Shown here piece by piece: positions 9,748 to 20,756 of a DNA stretch of 64,000 nt. The position numbers were made by a program, and so were the translations under genes. Below the pieces are notes generated by a model that was given only the letters and a program-made list of their open reading frames with translations, was not told the DNA's origin and searched no databases. The stretch's first letter is position 1. Each line of letters begins with the position of its first letter. Source of the DNA: Spirochaetia bacterium (GTDB taxonomy: Bacteria > Spirochaetota > Spirochaetia > UBA9216); the NCBI GenBank assembly GCA_963675665.1, contig OY776510.1, forward strand, positions 4,992,001 to 5,056,000. The letters run 5' to 3'.

Positions 9748-9920
9748 CTGAATGTTTAATGTGCGCAACCGGTTGGCTAAACAGCTTGCCCTTTCACACC
9801 AAAAATAAAAGTCAAAATATAAATTTTGACTTTTTCTACCGGTTATATCCTGGACGTTTATTTACGAAGTAAATAAACTCCTGAATGTTTAATGTGCGCA
9901 ACCAGCGCACATTAAACATT
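9748..9920. repeat. 23-bp direct repeats flanking two palindromes; the second repeat forms a perfect 16-bp hairpin at the ychF stop
   Basis: CTGAATGTTTAATGTGCGCAACC at 9748-9770 and 9881-9903; palindromes at 9807-9834 and 9856-9878; AATGTTTAATGTGCGC-aacca-GCGCACATTAAACATT at 9884-9920. Confidence 0.8.
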
Positions 9921-11021
9921 AAACTTAAAATGCATCACATCGCCATCTTTTACAATGTAGTTCTTTCCTTCCTGCCTCAGTTTCCCGGCTTTCCTGATTG
10001 CGTCTTCGGAACCGTATTCAAACAAATCATCACAATGATAAACCTCAGCCTTGATGAAGCCTTTCTGAAAGTCGGTATGAATAACGCCCGCGGCTTCAGG
10101 AGCAAAGGCTCCGCTTCGGAAAGTCCATGCCCGGTTTTCATCGGCGCCTGCGGTAAAGAAGGTGCGCAGCCCCAGTGCGCTATAAGTCTTATGAATCAGC
10201 CTGGATAACCCGGACTCTTCAAGTCCGGCTTCTTCCAGAAACTCTTTCTTTTCCTCTTCCGTTTCAAGAGCAGCTATATCTGCTTCAAGTGCTCCGCATA
10301 TTACTACTGTCTCGGCGTCTTCCGTATCAGCAATGGCTTTTACCTTTTCAACATACGAATTCCCGCTCTCAAGTCCGGCTTCATCGACATTACAGACAAA
10401 CATCTGCTTCTTCATTGTAATCAGCTGCAGTTCACGGATATCTTCAAGCTGTTCATCGGTGAACTCAAGAGTGCGGGCCGCCCGGCCTTCAGACAGGTTC
10501 TCTTTAAGCAGCTCCAGCACAGGCATCATCGCATTCGCTTTCTTTGAAATGTCCTTGTCCGGAGAACGGAGCTGCTTGGCCGATTTTTCAATCCGTTTTT
10601 CCACGGTTCCAAGGTCGGCAAGAGCAAGCTCGATGTTTATTATCTCAATATCCGAATCGGGATCTATCCGGCCGCCTACATGCGTAATGTCATCATTATC
10701 AAAACAGCGGACTACATGAACAATCATGCCCACCTGCCTGATATGAGAAAGAAACTGGTTGCCCAGACCTTCTCCTTTAGAGGCGCCCTTTACAAGGCCG
10801 GCAATATCAACAAATTCCACTATTGCAGGTATTTCCTTTGCCGGAACAATTATTTCCGAGATTTTCTTAAGACGTTCATCAGGGACATTTACTATTCCGA
10901 CATTGGGATCTATTGTGCAAAAAGGATAATTCGCAGCCTCAGCGGGCGCGGATGTAAGCGCAGAAAAAATTGTCGATTTCCCGACATTGGGAAGCCCGAC
11001 AATTCCGCAGTTTAAAGCCAT
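9912..11021 (-). CDS. ychF: Redox-regulated ribosome-binding ATPase YchF
   Basis: [46 protein letters not shown]-terminal [10 protein letters not shown]. Confidence 0.97.
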   Translation of the reverse strand: MALNCGIVGLPNVGKSTIFSALTSAPAEAANYPFCTIDPNVGIVNVPDERLKKISEIIVPAKEIPAIVEFVDIAGLVKGASKGEGLGNQFLSHIRQVGMIVHVVRCFDNDDITHVGGRIDPDSDIEIINIELALADLGTVEKRIEKSAKQLRSPDKDISKKANAMMPVLELLKENLSEGRAARTLEFTDEQLEDIRELQLITMKKQMFVCNVDEAGLESGNSYVEKVKAIADTEDAETVVICGALEADIAALETEEEKKEFLEEAGLEESGLSRLIHKTYSALGLRTFFTAGADENRAWTFRSGAFAPEAAGVIHTDFQKGFIKAEVYHCDDLFEYGSEDAIRKAGKLRQEGKNYIVKDGDVMHFKFNV

Positions 11022-11034
11022 TGTGTCCTCCGGG

Positions 11035-11478
11035 TTAAAGATATATTACAAGTGAAACTATCAGTCCAAGAACCGCGCCGAAAAAAACCTGGGGAAGCGT
11101 ATGTCCCAGAAGCGTCTTCAGTTTCTGCGGCTCAAAGCCGTCCCTGAAGGCGTCATCCCAGACCTGAATAAGTTCATTCAGGATTTCCGCATGTCTTCCT
11201 GCAGCACGCCTGATACCGCATGCATCATACATTACTATAAATGCAAGAACGAGAGATATGGTAAATTCAGTGCTTGCAAAACCTTCGGTAAATCCTACCG
11301 ATACTGCCAGCGCTGTAACTGACGAAGAATGAGAAGACGGCATACCGCCGGTCCCTCTCAGCCGCTGGGCATCGAGCTTGCCTTCCGTGATCAGAACTGT
11401 TAAAACTTTAAGAATCTGCGCTGCAATAAGAGAGATTATTACAGACCATAAAATCCTGTTTCCAAAAATTTCTTGCAA
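11035..11478 (-). CDS. Divergent PAP2 family (DUF212) membrane protein
   Basis: GGMPSSHS, VMYDA.GIRR.AG.HA, LLGHT..QV motifs. Confidence 0.9.
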   Translation of the reverse strand: MQEIFGNRILWSVIISLIAAQILKVLTVLITEGKLDAQRLRGTGGMPSSHSSSVTALAVSVGFTEGFASTEFTISLVLAFIVMYDACGIRRAAGRHAEILNELIQVWDDAFRDGFEPQKLKTLLGHTLPQVFFGAVLGLIVSLVIYL

Positions 11479-11542
11479 TTCATTCTCCGTAAATTCTCGA
11501 GTTTATAGATTATAAAGCTTAAAATCCATCGTGAAAAGCCTC

Positions 11543-11734
11543 TTAATCTCTGATTCGCGGAGATTTGATGAATGAAGGGCAATGCTTTCCTGTGGCTTTA
11601 AAAACAGAAATGGACGGCAGTTCACGTCCTTTAACCCCGAACATCACGCATCCCCGCGGAAACCTGCGGTCCCAGGTAACCTTGTAGTATTTGCATTTCA
11701 GACAATCAGGAGCCTTTAAAGGGTTTTCTGCCAT
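11543..11734 (-). CDS. Small Cys-rich putative metal-binding protein
   Basis: CxKCKYYxVTWD...P.GC..FG.K....PS..V...TG..C pattern, 63 aa. Confidence 0.7.
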   Translation of the reverse strand: MAENPLKAPDCLKCKYYKVTWDRRFPRGCVMFGVKGRELPSISVFKATGKHCPSFIKSPRIRD

Positions 11735-11770
11735 ATATTAAATATCGTAAAGATATTGTATATTATTAAT

Positions 11771-12490
11771 ATGAAAAACGAACGATATCAAAGACAGCTT
11801 CTTCTTGAAAAAGATTACGGGTTCAATCAGAACAAACTTGCTTCCTCAACGGTATTTATTGCAGGAACAGGCGGATTGGGCAGCCCGGCGGCATTTTACC
11901 TGGCAGCCGCCGGCATTGGAAGAATAATCATCTGCGATAACGACGAAGTTGATTTGTCCAACCTTAACAGACAGATTCTGCACACCTCCAGCCGGTTAGG
12001 CATGCGCAAAACACAATCAGCAGCGATTCAGCTTTCAGACCTGAATCCTGAAATTATTATTGAACAGCGCGATTCACTGATTGACGGCGATCTGTCCGAA
12101 CTTGCCGATGGAGCCGATATTATTATCGACTGTCTCGATAATATCAAAGCACGCTATGTATTAAACGATTATTCAATCAGGACAGGAACCCCTGTCGTTC
12201 ACGGCGGTATAAACGGTTACGCCGGACAGATCAGTTTTATTTCGCCGCCTGAAACTGCATGTATAAGATGCATATTTCCCGAACCCTATAAGAGCAATAG
12301 TCCGATTCCCGTTCTCGGCGCTGTTGCCGGCATGATAGGCTCGATGCAGGCTATGGAAGCGATAAAATACCTGACAGGCCGCGGCAATCTGTTAAAAAAC
12401 AGCCTTTATATTATGGACGGCTTTACAAACGAGTCGGAAATTCTCCGTCTTGAAAAAAACCCGTCCTGCCCGGCCTGCGGAAAGAAATGA
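11771..12490 (+). CDS. HesA/MoeB/ThiF family adenylyltransferase
   Basis: RY.RQ, GTGGLGS, DxDxVDLSNLNRQ, CxxC pairs (CIRC, CPAC); start taken at MKNERY. Confidence 0.92.
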   Translation: MKNERYQRQLLLEKDYGFNQNKLASSTVFIAGTGGLGSPAAFYLAAAGIGRIIICDNDEVDLSNLNRQILHTSSRLGMRKTQSAAIQLSDLNPEIIIEQRDSLIDGDLSELADGADIIIDCLDNIKARYVLNDYSIRTGTPVVHGGINGYAGQISFISPPETACIRCIFPEPYKSNSPIPVLGAVAGMIGSMQAMEAIKYLTGRGNLLKNSLYIMDGFTNESEILRLEKNPSCPACGKK

Positions 12491-12515
12491 AACCCCGACA
12501 GCCGTCCGTCCTGTT

Positions 12516-15365
12516 TTATTGTGCCTGGTGTTCGGGGTTTAACCGCACCCTGATGTAACTGTCGGTATCAAGATATTCACGAACAGTCCGCACAACCGAC
12601 TCTTTACTGATCTTTTCATTAAACAATTCGGGCGTCAGGATTTCCTCCGGATCATCACCGTAACCGAATGATTCTTCAAGATGATTGAGCCAGAAAACAT
12701 TTTCTTCAACAGACTTTTCATACCCGCGGCGATATTGCTGCTCTTCCCTGACAATATACTGCTCTTCAAGTTCTCCCGCCGAAACAGCCGTAATAACATC
12801 AATGACCTTCCGTGAAAGCTCATCGGAACGGTCCGGATCACAGCCGAACTCTATATGAACTGATGCAGACGGCCAGGGCTCGCGCATAACAGAAGGATTA
12901 ACCGCAATATGATATGTTCCGCCAAGCTCTTCTCTCAAAGTCTCGCGCATCAGGGTTTCAAGTACCTGTGCTGTTATTTCAATCTGAAGCTCGATATCAG
13001 GAGACCATTCTTTCAGTTCATTTGTAAACGACATTCTGACCCTGCCCTGCTGTTCGATTCCGCGATAAACTGTTTCATCTACCGGACCGGCAGGAGGTCT
13101 GACGCCCAGATCTGCCGGTTCTTCATGGTGAACACCGGAAGGAAGCGATGCAACCCACACCTGAACAGCTTCTTCGAGCGCGGTCTTATCCACATTTCCG
13201 GTAAAAACAAAGATGAAATCGTCCGCACCGCCGAAACGGGTTTCATATACTTCACGCGCCAACCCGGGCTCAAGCATGGCCAGCCTTTCCTGATCGAGAG
13301 GACGGCTTCTGAAGCTGTCCCGGGTCAGGATTTCGGCAATTCTGTCGTAATAATCATTCATCGGATCCGCACTGCGATTTTCAATCAGGCTCTCAAGACG
13401 GGTAACAAGGTTTCCGGCTGCGGATTCATCAAAATCGGGGGCGGTAAAATACAGATATACAAGCTGCATAAACGGGGTAATCTCTTCGGGTGAAAAACTG
13501 CCGGAAATCCCTTCGAAATAATTGCCTATATATGGAGAAAGCCTGATACTCAGTCCCGCAAGTTTCTTTTCAAGCTGAACAGCGTTAAATTCCCCGAGGC
13601 CGCTTAAAGACAGCAATAGCGGAGCATAACGGCCTGAAATAAACTGTTCGTCCGGATGAAGCGATAATCCCCCGCGGCTGAAAGCGGAAAACAGAATTTC
13701 ATCATCACGAAAATCGGTCTTTCGGATAATAACATCAGCTCCGTTTGAAAGATGCCAGAGTTCAGTATCAATCGATTCATAATAACTGCGTTCATCAACA
13801 GCACCCGCTTCCGGAATATTTTCCACCAGATCTCTTTCAAGCGAATCATCAAAATATTTATCCAGCGTCATACTGCTTCCGGATTCAGCTATCCTGATAA
13901 TTTCTTCTTCATCGGGAACTTCCGCCCCTTCAGGATATATTATAGTCACGGTCCGACCGGCGCCGGGAAGCATTCCGACAGCATATTCATTTATCTCGTC
14001 CAGGCTGATTGACGGTATAAAGCGTTTATATAATTCATACTCCGCCTGTATGCCCGGCATGAATACATCATTCAGGTAATATTCGGTAAGCTCTTCTGCA
14101 AAACCTGACGAAGGAATATTTTCCCTTTCGCGGTAATATTCCTCGATCGATTTGAGATATTCAGCGCGCTTGCGTTCCAGTTCGGCTTCGGAGAATCCGT
14201 ACCTGGCCGCTCTTTCAAGCTCGGCAACAAGCGAAGTAAGCGCTTCTTCAACCATGTCGGTATCTACCGAAGCATAACAGCTGATGTTTCCGGCGGATCT
14301 GACAATTCGTCCTGTTCCGCCGCCGGCGCCTATAAAAGGAGGTTCGGGTTTTCTGGCAATTTCATCAAGCCGGTTGTTAAACATCGACCAGGTCATGGAC
14401 TCGGCAAGCATGCTTCGGTAATCACTCTCGGTTCGGCGGTCCGGCTTTTCGGTTTTCACGGAAATTTCTATTGAAGAATAGGTCAGCTCCGGGTCTTCTA
14501 TTATGCACAGTTCGGTCTCCGTCCCGACTGCAACCGGGATTTCCGGACGTACCGCAGGTTCTTCCGGCGCCGGATACGAGAAATAATTCTCAATCAGGGT
14601 ACGGGCTTTGTCCGGTTCAATATCTCCGGCGACTATAACCGCCATCAGTGACGGGCGATACCATTTCTTATAGAAATCACGAAGTCTCTGAGGGGGGGCG
14701 TTCATTACTACATCCATCTTGCCTATAGGAAGCCGCTCCGCATACAGCGAGTCTTTGAATAAAACGGGAACCATCTTGTCCAGGATTCTTCCGGAAGCGC
14801 CTCTTCCCAGCCGCCATTCCTCCTGTATGACTCCGCGCTCCTTTTCAACCTCTTCATCCTCATAGCTGACAAGATGCGCCCAGTCTTCAAGTACCTGAAA
14901 TGCATTATTAATAATTTCATCATCATCCGTCGGAATCTCAAGCATATAGACGGTTTCATCAAAACCGGTATAAGCATTAATCTCGGGGCCGAATGCCATT
15001 CCTATCGACTCAAGATAGTCAACCAGTTCCATTTTCGCGAAATGTTCGGTTCCGTTGAATGCCATATGTTCGCAGAAATGGGCAAGCCCCTGCTGGTCAT
15101 CCTCTTCAAGCACCGAACCGGCGTTTACAACAAGCCGCAGAGATGCGCGCCCGGCGGGCTCCCGGTTCGGTCTTATATACCAGTGAAGACCGTTCTCCAG
15201 TACGCCGGATTTAACCAGCGGATCAAGAGCAATGGCCTGCTCTTCCTGAGACTGTAATTCTTCCGGTCCGGCCGGCTGGTTTACCGAGCTGCAGGTGGTA
15301 ATCAGCAATAACGATAGAACTGCAGAAATTAATACCAAGAATCTTTTAAAAAAACGGATGTACAT
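12516..15365 (-). CDS. M16 family zinc protease (PqqL-like), lipoprotein
   Basis: Inverted zincin GLAHFCEHMAFNGT, NAYTGFDETVY, EKERGVIQEEWR; lipoprotein-type leader; start 15365 with GGAGG RBS. Confidence 0.92.
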   Translation of the reverse strand: MYIRFFKRFLVLISAVLSLLLITTCSSVNQPAGPEELQSQEEQAIALDPLVKSGVLENGLHWYIRPNREPAGRASLRLVVNAGSVLEEDDQQGLAHFCEHMAFNGTEHFAKMELVDYLESIGMAFGPEINAYTGFDETVYMLEIPTDDDEIINNAFQVLEDWAHLVSYEDEEVEKERGVIQEEWRLGRGASGRILDKMVPVLFKDSLYAERLPIGKMDVVMNAPPQRLRDFYKKWYRPSLMAVIVAGDIEPDKARTLIENYFSYPAPEEPAVRPEIPVAVGTETELCIIEDPELTYSSIEISVKTEKPDRRTESDYRSMLAESMTWSMFNNRLDEIARKPEPPFIGAGGGTGRIVRSAGNISCYASVDTDMVEEALTSLVAELERAARYGFSEAELERKRAEYLKSIEEYYRERENIPSSGFAEELTEYYLNDVFMPGIQAEYELYKRFIPSISLDEINEYAVGMLPGAGRTVTIIYPEGAEVPDEEEIIRIAESGSSMTLDKYFDDSLERDLVENIPEAGAVDERSYYESIDTELWHLSNGADVIIRKTDFRDDEILFSAFSRGGLSLHPDEQFISGRYAPLLLSLSGLGEFNAVQLEKKLAGLSIRLSPYIGNYFEGISGSFSPEEITPFMQLVYLYFTAPDFDESAAGNLVTRLESLIENRSADPMNDYYDRIAEILTRDSFRSRPLDQERLAMLEPGLAREVYETRFGGADDFIFVFTGNVDKTALEEAVQVWVASLPSGVHHEEPADLGVRPPAGPVDETVYRGIEQQGRVRMSFTNELKEWSPDIELQIEITAQVLETLMRETLREELGGTYHIAVNPSVMREPWPSASVHIEFGCDPDRSDELSRKVIDVITAVSAGELEEQYIVREEQQYRRGYEKSVEENVFWLNHLEESFGYGDDPEEILTPELFNEKISKESVVRTVREYLDTDSYIRVRLNPEHQAQ

Positions 15366-15398
15366 GACTTCCTCCCGATTTACTGATATAATACTATT

Positions 15399-17540
15399 GT
15401 GTTTCAGCAAATCGATCAACTAAATAAGGATTCCTGGGATAACACCGGCAATAATCCTGTTGAAGCTCTCGGCAAAGCCGAACAGGCGTTGCAGATGTCC
15501 CGCTCAGGGAAGTACCCTCTCGGCATTGCTGAAAGTTTACTCAATATAGGCAGATGTTGTACCGCTACAGCCGGATATGATAAAGCCCTTGAAGTTTTAA
15601 ACCAGGCTGTTGAACAGTTCAGGGTACAAAGCGGCGATCAGGCAGAACTCGGAGAAATGAGAAGTCTGAATGCGCTTGGGGAGGCCTCCTTTGAACTGCA
15701 GGATTATGAAAGCGCACTGAATTATTATTTTATGACGCTGACGCAGGCTGAAATGTCCGGCAATGATGAAATCAAAATTCTGGCGCTGAACAATATCGGA
15801 GAAATTCACAACCTGATAAATAATTCCGAAGAGGCTCTCAGTTATGTTTATCAGGCCTTCCAGATAGCCAGGCAGATCAATGACGAGCCGGGCATGGCGA
15901 TATCAAGAATCAATCTGGGCGAACTCTATCTCAAACTGAACGACCTGGCTGAAGCTGAAGAATATTTCAGTAAGGCACTTATATTTTCCGAAGACAATAA
16001 TAATACCCAGGCTATAGCAGATTCATGCTTCGGTCTGGGAAGAATTCAGCTGGCGCGGGAAGAGTATTTCGGAGCTGAAGACAAACTGACCAGGGCTTGT
16101 GAGCTTTATACCAAAATAGGCGACATATCCTCGGTTGCCGAATGCAACTACCAGTTCAGCCTGATAGGGCTTAATAATAAAAAGTACACCGAAGCAAAAA
16201 GATATCTGGAAGACGCCCGGGAAACAGCGGAAAAGCTTAACGCTACAGGATTGTTAAGCAGGTGCATGCAAAAACTTTCGGAAATTTACAAAGCCGAGGA
16301 AGACTTCAGGAAAGCGCTTGATTTTTTTGAAGTTTTTCACAAACTTGAAGAAGATCTGCGTAACGACAATCTGAAAAACAGGCTTAAAAAGATAACAATA
16401 CTTTATGAAACCGAACAGACCGAAACCGAAAAAGAGGCTTACCGGATGCAGTCTCTTCAACTTGAAAAATCAAACAAGGAAATTGAATTTATCAATCAGA
16501 TAGGCAGGGAAATCACATCGTCACTGCATATGGATGACATAATACATAATACCTGCAGCAGGATGTCCGAGATACTTAATATCACCGGATTCGGCATTGC
16601 GCTTTACGATGCAGACAACAAGAATATTGAATACAATTTTATAGTAGAAAACAGTGAACGGAGTACACCTGTTTCAGTTCCGGCGGACAGTGAAACAAGC
16701 CTGACGGTCTGGTGTATAAAAAACAGAAAATCAGTTCTGGTCAACAAGCGCAGCGAGGCTCAAAAATACATTAAAGTATGGAGTTCAAATTCAGACGATC
16801 CTCCGAATTCTGCGATATTCGTTCCGATGATGCATGGAAACAAGCTGGTCGGCTGTGTCACTGTACAGCATACAGATGAAAACGCTTATACCGAAAATGA
16901 TGTTGATCTCGTACAGGCGGTTTCAACATTTCTGGCGATAGCTATAGATAATTCAAAAGTTCATCAGGAACTCAATAAACTGAATGAAATCATCACTTCG
17001 GAAAAAAGAGGTCTTGAGGTTGCCTATCGCAAGATCGCCCATATGGCAAACCATGATACACTGACGGATCTTCCCAACCGCAATCTCCTGAACGAGCTGC
17101 TTAAACGGGGAATCAGAATTTCAGCAAGAGAAAAACAGAAGCTTGCCGTCTTTTATATGGATCTGGATAAGTTTAAACCCATAAACGACACCCTCGGGCA
17201 TGAGAGCGGAGACCAGGTACTTGGAATCGTAGCGGAACGATTGAATGAAACCCTGAGGACCTCGGATACTGTGGCAAGAATAGGCGGGGATGAATTTGTC
17301 GCCGTGCTCTATAACATTGAATCGGAAGAAGGCGTGATGTCGGCTGCCGGTAAAATTATACAGTCTCTCGGAGAAGAGATCGTACTGAAAGGACGCACTT
17401 TCACCATAGGCGTCAGCATCGGCATTTCCATTTATCCCGATAACGGGACAGACATAGACAGCCTGCTGCTGAAAGCGGACAAGGCCATGTACCAGGCAAA
17501 ACAGGCCGGACGCAACAGGGCACTGTTCTACGGAAAATAA
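15399..17540 (+). CDS. TPR-GAF-GGDEF diguanylate cyclase
   Basis: N-terminal TPRs, GAF (SAIFVPM...GCVTVQH..AY), HDTLTDLPNR, DLDKFKPIND, RxxD I-site (RTSD) and ARIGGDEF. Confidence 0.92.
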   Translation: MFQQIDQLNKDSWDNTGNNPVEALGKAEQALQMSRSGKYPLGIAESLLNIGRCCTATAGYDKALEVLNQAVEQFRVQSGDQAELGEMRSLNALGEASFELQDYESALNYYFMTLTQAEMSGNDEIKILALNNIGEIHNLINNSEEALSYVYQAFQIARQINDEPGMAISRINLGELYLKLNDLAEAEEYFSKALIFSEDNNNTQAIADSCFGLGRIQLAREEYFGAEDKLTRACELYTKIGDISSVAECNYQFSLIGLNNKKYTEAKRYLEDARETAEKLNATGLLSRCMQKLSEIYKAEEDFRKALDFFEVFHKLEEDLRNDNLKNRLKKITILYETEQTETEKEAYRMQSLQLEKSNKEIEFINQIGREITSSLHMDDIIHNTCSRMSEILNITGFGIALYDADNKNIEYNFIVENSERSTPVSVPADSETSLTVWCIKNRKSVLVNKRSEAQKYIKVWSSNSDDPPNSAIFVPMMHGNKLVGCVTVQHTDENAYTENDVDLVQAVSTFLAIAIDNSKVHQELNKLNEIITSEKRGLEVAYRKIAHMANHDTLTDLPNRNLLNELLKRGIRISAREKQKLAVFYMDLDKFKPINDTLGHESGDQVLGIVAERLNETLRTSDTVARIGGDEFVAVLYNIESEEGVMSAAGKIIQSLGEEIVLKGRTFTIGVSIGISIYPDNGTDIDSLLLKADKAMYQAKQAGRNRALFYGK

Positions 17541-17593
17541 AAAAAGGAGCAATTTAAAGTTAACTGCCCCTTTTAGAGTATACTTATCAGATA

Positions 17594-19276
17594 TTACCGG
17601 GTCAGACGCCTGTATTTGATTCTGTGAGGCTGTTCAGCACTGATACCGAGGCGCTTTTTACGGTTTTCATCATATTCGGTGTAATTCCCTTCAAAGAAAA
17701 ACACCTGGCTGTCGCCTTCAAACGCAATAATATGCGTTGCTATCCTGTCGAGAAACCACCGGTCATGACTTATTACAACAGCACAGCCGGCATAACCTGT
17801 AATAGCCTCTTCGAGCGCACGTATCGTATTAACATCAAGATCATTTGTAGGTTCGTCGAGCAGCAGAACGTTCGACCCCTCTTTGAGCATAAGCGCAAGC
17901 TGAACACGGTTGCGCTCGCCGCCGGAAAGCACACCGATTTTCTTCTGCTGGTCCGCCCCGGTAAAATTAAACTGTGCGCAATAAGCCCTTGAATTAACTT
18001 CCCGGCTGCCGACCTTTAACGTATCCTGGCCGTCCGAAATCTGCTGCCAGATGGATTTATCCGGATCAAGTACTTCGCGCATCTGATCAACATGGGCAAG
18101 TTTAACGGTCTGTCCAATCCTGAGTTCTCCCTCATCCGGTTTTTCCGCTCCTGTAATCATCCTGAACAGGGTTGTCTTTCCGGCGCCGTTAGGGCCTATT
18201 ATCCCGATAATCGCTCCGGGAGGCATACTGAAACTCATATTTTCAACCAGAATACGGTCTTCAAATGATTTTTTGATACCTTCAGCCTCTATAACCAAAT
18301 CGCCGAGACGCGGTCCGGGCGGGATATAAATCTGAAGCTTTGATACCCGTTCGGAGGTTTCCTGATTAAGCAGCTGTTCATAAGAATTTATCCTGGCTTT
18401 AGCTTTTGCGTGCCTGCCCTTCGGGCTCATGTGAATCCAGTCAAGCTCCCGCTGAAGGGTACGCTGCCTGTCGCTTTCCTGCTTTTCTTCCTGCGCCAGC
18501 CGCTGCTGTTTCTGCTCAAGCCAGGAAGAATAATTTCCCTTCCAGGGTATACCCTGCCCCCTGTCAAGTTCCAGAATCCAGCCGGCCACATTATCAAGGA
18601 AATAGCGGTCGTGGGTTACTGCGATAACGGTCCCCTCATATTTCTGCAGATGCTGCTCTAACCAGCCTACTGTTTCGGCATCAAGATGGTTGGTCGGTTC
18701 ATCAAGCAGCAGAATATCCGGTTTTTGAAGGAGCAGCCGGCACAATGCCACACGTCTTTTCTCCCCCCCGGACAACACGCCAATCTTCATCTCTTCCGGC
18801 GGACAGCGCAGGGCATCCATTGCCATTTCAAGCCTGGAATCAATTTCCCACGCACCAAGCTGATCCAGCTTTTCCTGAACAGCTCCCTGCCGGTCAAGAA
18901 GCTTTGTCATCTCGTCATCATCCATGGGCTCTGCGAATTTCTCGTTTATCTGATCATATTCCGCCAGCAGCTCCATAGTTTCGTGAACACCTTCCTGAAC
19001 AATTTCCTTTACGGTTTTTTCAGGATCAATACGGGGTTCCTGTTCCAGAAACCCGATGGTAAAACCTTCGGACAATATTGTTTCACCGTTAAAATCCCGG
19101 TCCACACCGGCAAGAATTTTCAGCAGGGTCGATTTTCCCGAACCGTTCAGACCCAGAACTCCAATCTTTGCCCCGTAAAAATACGACAGATAGATATCTT
19201 TAAGAATCACCTTCTGATTTATTGTTTTGCTTACTCCGACCATGGAATATATTATTTTTTCAGCTTCATTTGCCAT
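17594..19276 (-). CDS. ettA: Energy-dependent translational throttle ABC-F protein EttA
   Basis: [18 protein letters not shown], two ABC cassettes, [25 protein letters not shown]-terminal PHRIKYRRL. Confidence 0.95.
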   Translation of the reverse strand: MANEAEKIIYSMVGVSKTINQKVILKDIYLSYFYGAKIGVLGLNGSGKSTLLKILAGVDRDFNGETILSEGFTIGFLEQEPRIDPEKTVKEIVQEGVHETMELLAEYDQINEKFAEPMDDDEMTKLLDRQGAVQEKLDQLGAWEIDSRLEMAMDALRCPPEEMKIGVLSGGEKRRVALCRLLLQKPDILLLDEPTNHLDAETVGWLEQHLQKYEGTVIAVTHDRYFLDNVAGWILELDRGQGIPWKGNYSSWLEQKQQRLAQEEKQESDRQRTLQRELDWIHMSPKGRHAKAKARINSYEQLLNQETSERVSKLQIYIPPGPRLGDLVIEAEGIKKSFEDRILVENMSFSMPPGAIIGIIGPNGAGKTTLFRMITGAEKPDEGELRIGQTVKLAHVDQMREVLDPDKSIWQQISDGQDTLKVGSREVNSRAYCAQFNFTGADQQKKIGVLSGGERNRVQLALMLKEGSNVLLLDEPTNDLDVNTIRALEEAITGYAGCAVVISHDRWFLDRIATHIIAFEGDSQVFFFEGNYTEYDENRKKRLGISAEQPHRIKYRRLTR

Positions 19277-19305
19277 TTAAAATCTCCCTTTCTATTATAC
19301 GATAT

Positions 19306-20685
19306 TCAGCTGCTTTCAGGAACTGATTTAACCTGAGAACCCAGCAGTTTTCCAAGATGTTTCATTTCAATCAATGCCATGGGAACGGTGACCAGCAGCG
19401 TTAAGACATCGGCTGTAACCTGCGAAAAAAGAATCCCGTTTAACCCGAAAAGGCGCGGCAGAATAAGCACAACGGGAATGAAAAACAGTCCCTGCCTTGC
19501 AACCGCAAGAACACCCGCCTGTATTCCTTTTCCAAGCGCCTGGAAAAGCGCCGCGTAGACGTTCATTATTCCTACGAGAAGAAGTGCCGAAGACATATAC
19601 CGGATAGCCTTTACCCCTATATCTATAACTTCGTAATCCCGGGTAAACATCGATACTATCTGCTGCGTAAAAGCCCAGAAAAGTATCGTCATCACAGCAG
19701 TAAAGACTACGCTCCATATTATGGCCTTGTTTGTAGAAAGGATTACACGGTCATACCGGCGCGCGCCGTAATTATACCCGGCAAGGGGCTGAAGGCCCTG
19801 CCCTATTCCGAAAATTACCATCATTACAAGCGAGAGGACCCGCAGTGAAATCCCGATAGCCGCAACTGCAGCATCGCCGTATATACCGGCTGCATTATTC
19901 AGCATTCCCATTGATATACTGACCAGAACCTGCCGGGCGAATGTCGGCAGCCCGATAATCATAATGTCGCGGTAAGTGCCCGGGGCCGGGTGAAAGTCGG
20001 AAATTTTAATTCTGAGCACGCCTTTTTTCATAAGAAAGAACCGAAGCAGATAGACTGTGCTTATCAGCTGCGCGGTAATGGTGGCCACTGCCGCACCGGC
20101 AAGCCCCATTTTAAAAACAAACATAAAAACCGGATCGAGAATTATATTCAGAATACCGCCCATCATCAGCGCTCTTCCGCTGTAAGCTGAGGCGCCTTCA
20201 GATCTCAGCATATTGTTCATGCACATGTTGAGAACCTGGAAAACCGAACCGCCGATTATAATCCTGCCGTAAATAACAGCCCTGGAAAGAATTGTATCAG
20301 TTGCTCCGAAAACCCGTAAAACAGGTTCGATAAAAATATTGCCGCATACTGCAAAAGCAATTCCCGCAATCATGCATGTGTAGAATGCAGTTGATGCGGA
20401 ACGTTTTGCATCCCCGGGTTTATTTTCTCCGAGTTTTCTTGAAATGACCGATGCGGCGCCGATTCCGAAAGTCAGGCCGATGGCGCCCACAAGCATGAAT
20501 ATCGGGAAAAGTACGGCTGACGCGCCGATGGAAGCTGTATCATGTAAAAGCCCTATAAAGGCGGTATCGACTACATTATAAATCGCGTTCACAAGCATTG
20601 CTATAACTGCCGGAACAACAAGGATCCGCAGGGTTTTACCGATGTTACCGCGTCGCAGCATTTCAGTTCTGTCGTTTGTGTCCAT
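19306..20685 (-). CDS. MATE family efflux transporter
   Basis: AIYNVVDTAFIG, ILNIILDPVF, GLQPLAGYNYGA; 12 TM. Confidence 0.92.
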   Translation of the reverse strand: MDTNDRTEMLRRGNIGKTLRILVVPAVIAMLVNAIYNVVDTAFIGLLHDTASIGASAVLFPIFMLVGAIGLTFGIGAASVISRKLGENKPGDAKRSASTAFYTCMIAGIAFAVCGNIFIEPVLRVFGATDTILSRAVIYGRIIIGGSVFQVLNMCMNNMLRSEGASAYSGRALMMGGILNIILDPVFMFVFKMGLAGAAVATITAQLISTVYLLRFFLMKKGVLRIKISDFHPAPGTYRDIMIIGLPTFARQVLVSISMGMLNNAAGIYGDAAVAAIGISLRVLSLVMMVIFGIGQGLQPLAGYNYGARRYDRVILSTNKAIIWSVVFTAVMTILFWAFTQQIVSMFTRDYEVIDIGVKAIRYMSSALLLVGIMNVYAALFQALGKGIQAGVLAVARQGLFFIPVVLILPRLFGLNGILFSQVTADVLTLLVTVPMALIEMKHLGKLLGSQVKSVPESS

Positions 20686-20756
20686 TACATCAAACTAACG
20701 GCTATTTCAGATATTTACAAGCTATCCGGCATAGAGTTTTCATGGTATATTCAGTT

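Noticed and set aside
9748-9903. 23-bp direct repeats as a mini CRISPR array
   Set aside because: Only two repeats, a 110-bp palindromic spacer and no cas genes.
11543-12490. ThiF/MoeB plus small Cys protein as a ubiquitin-like defence or RiPP system
   Set aside because: Genes are divergent, with no E2, JAB, ubiquitin-like or precursor gene; the protein looks like an ordinary MoeB/ThiF.
18686-19336. Long antisense ORFs (also 12909-13493, 20751-21458, 22891-23499, 30080-30874, 49495-50247)
   Set aside because: They lie wholly opposite well-supported genes and have no recognisable motifs; treated as shadow ORFs.
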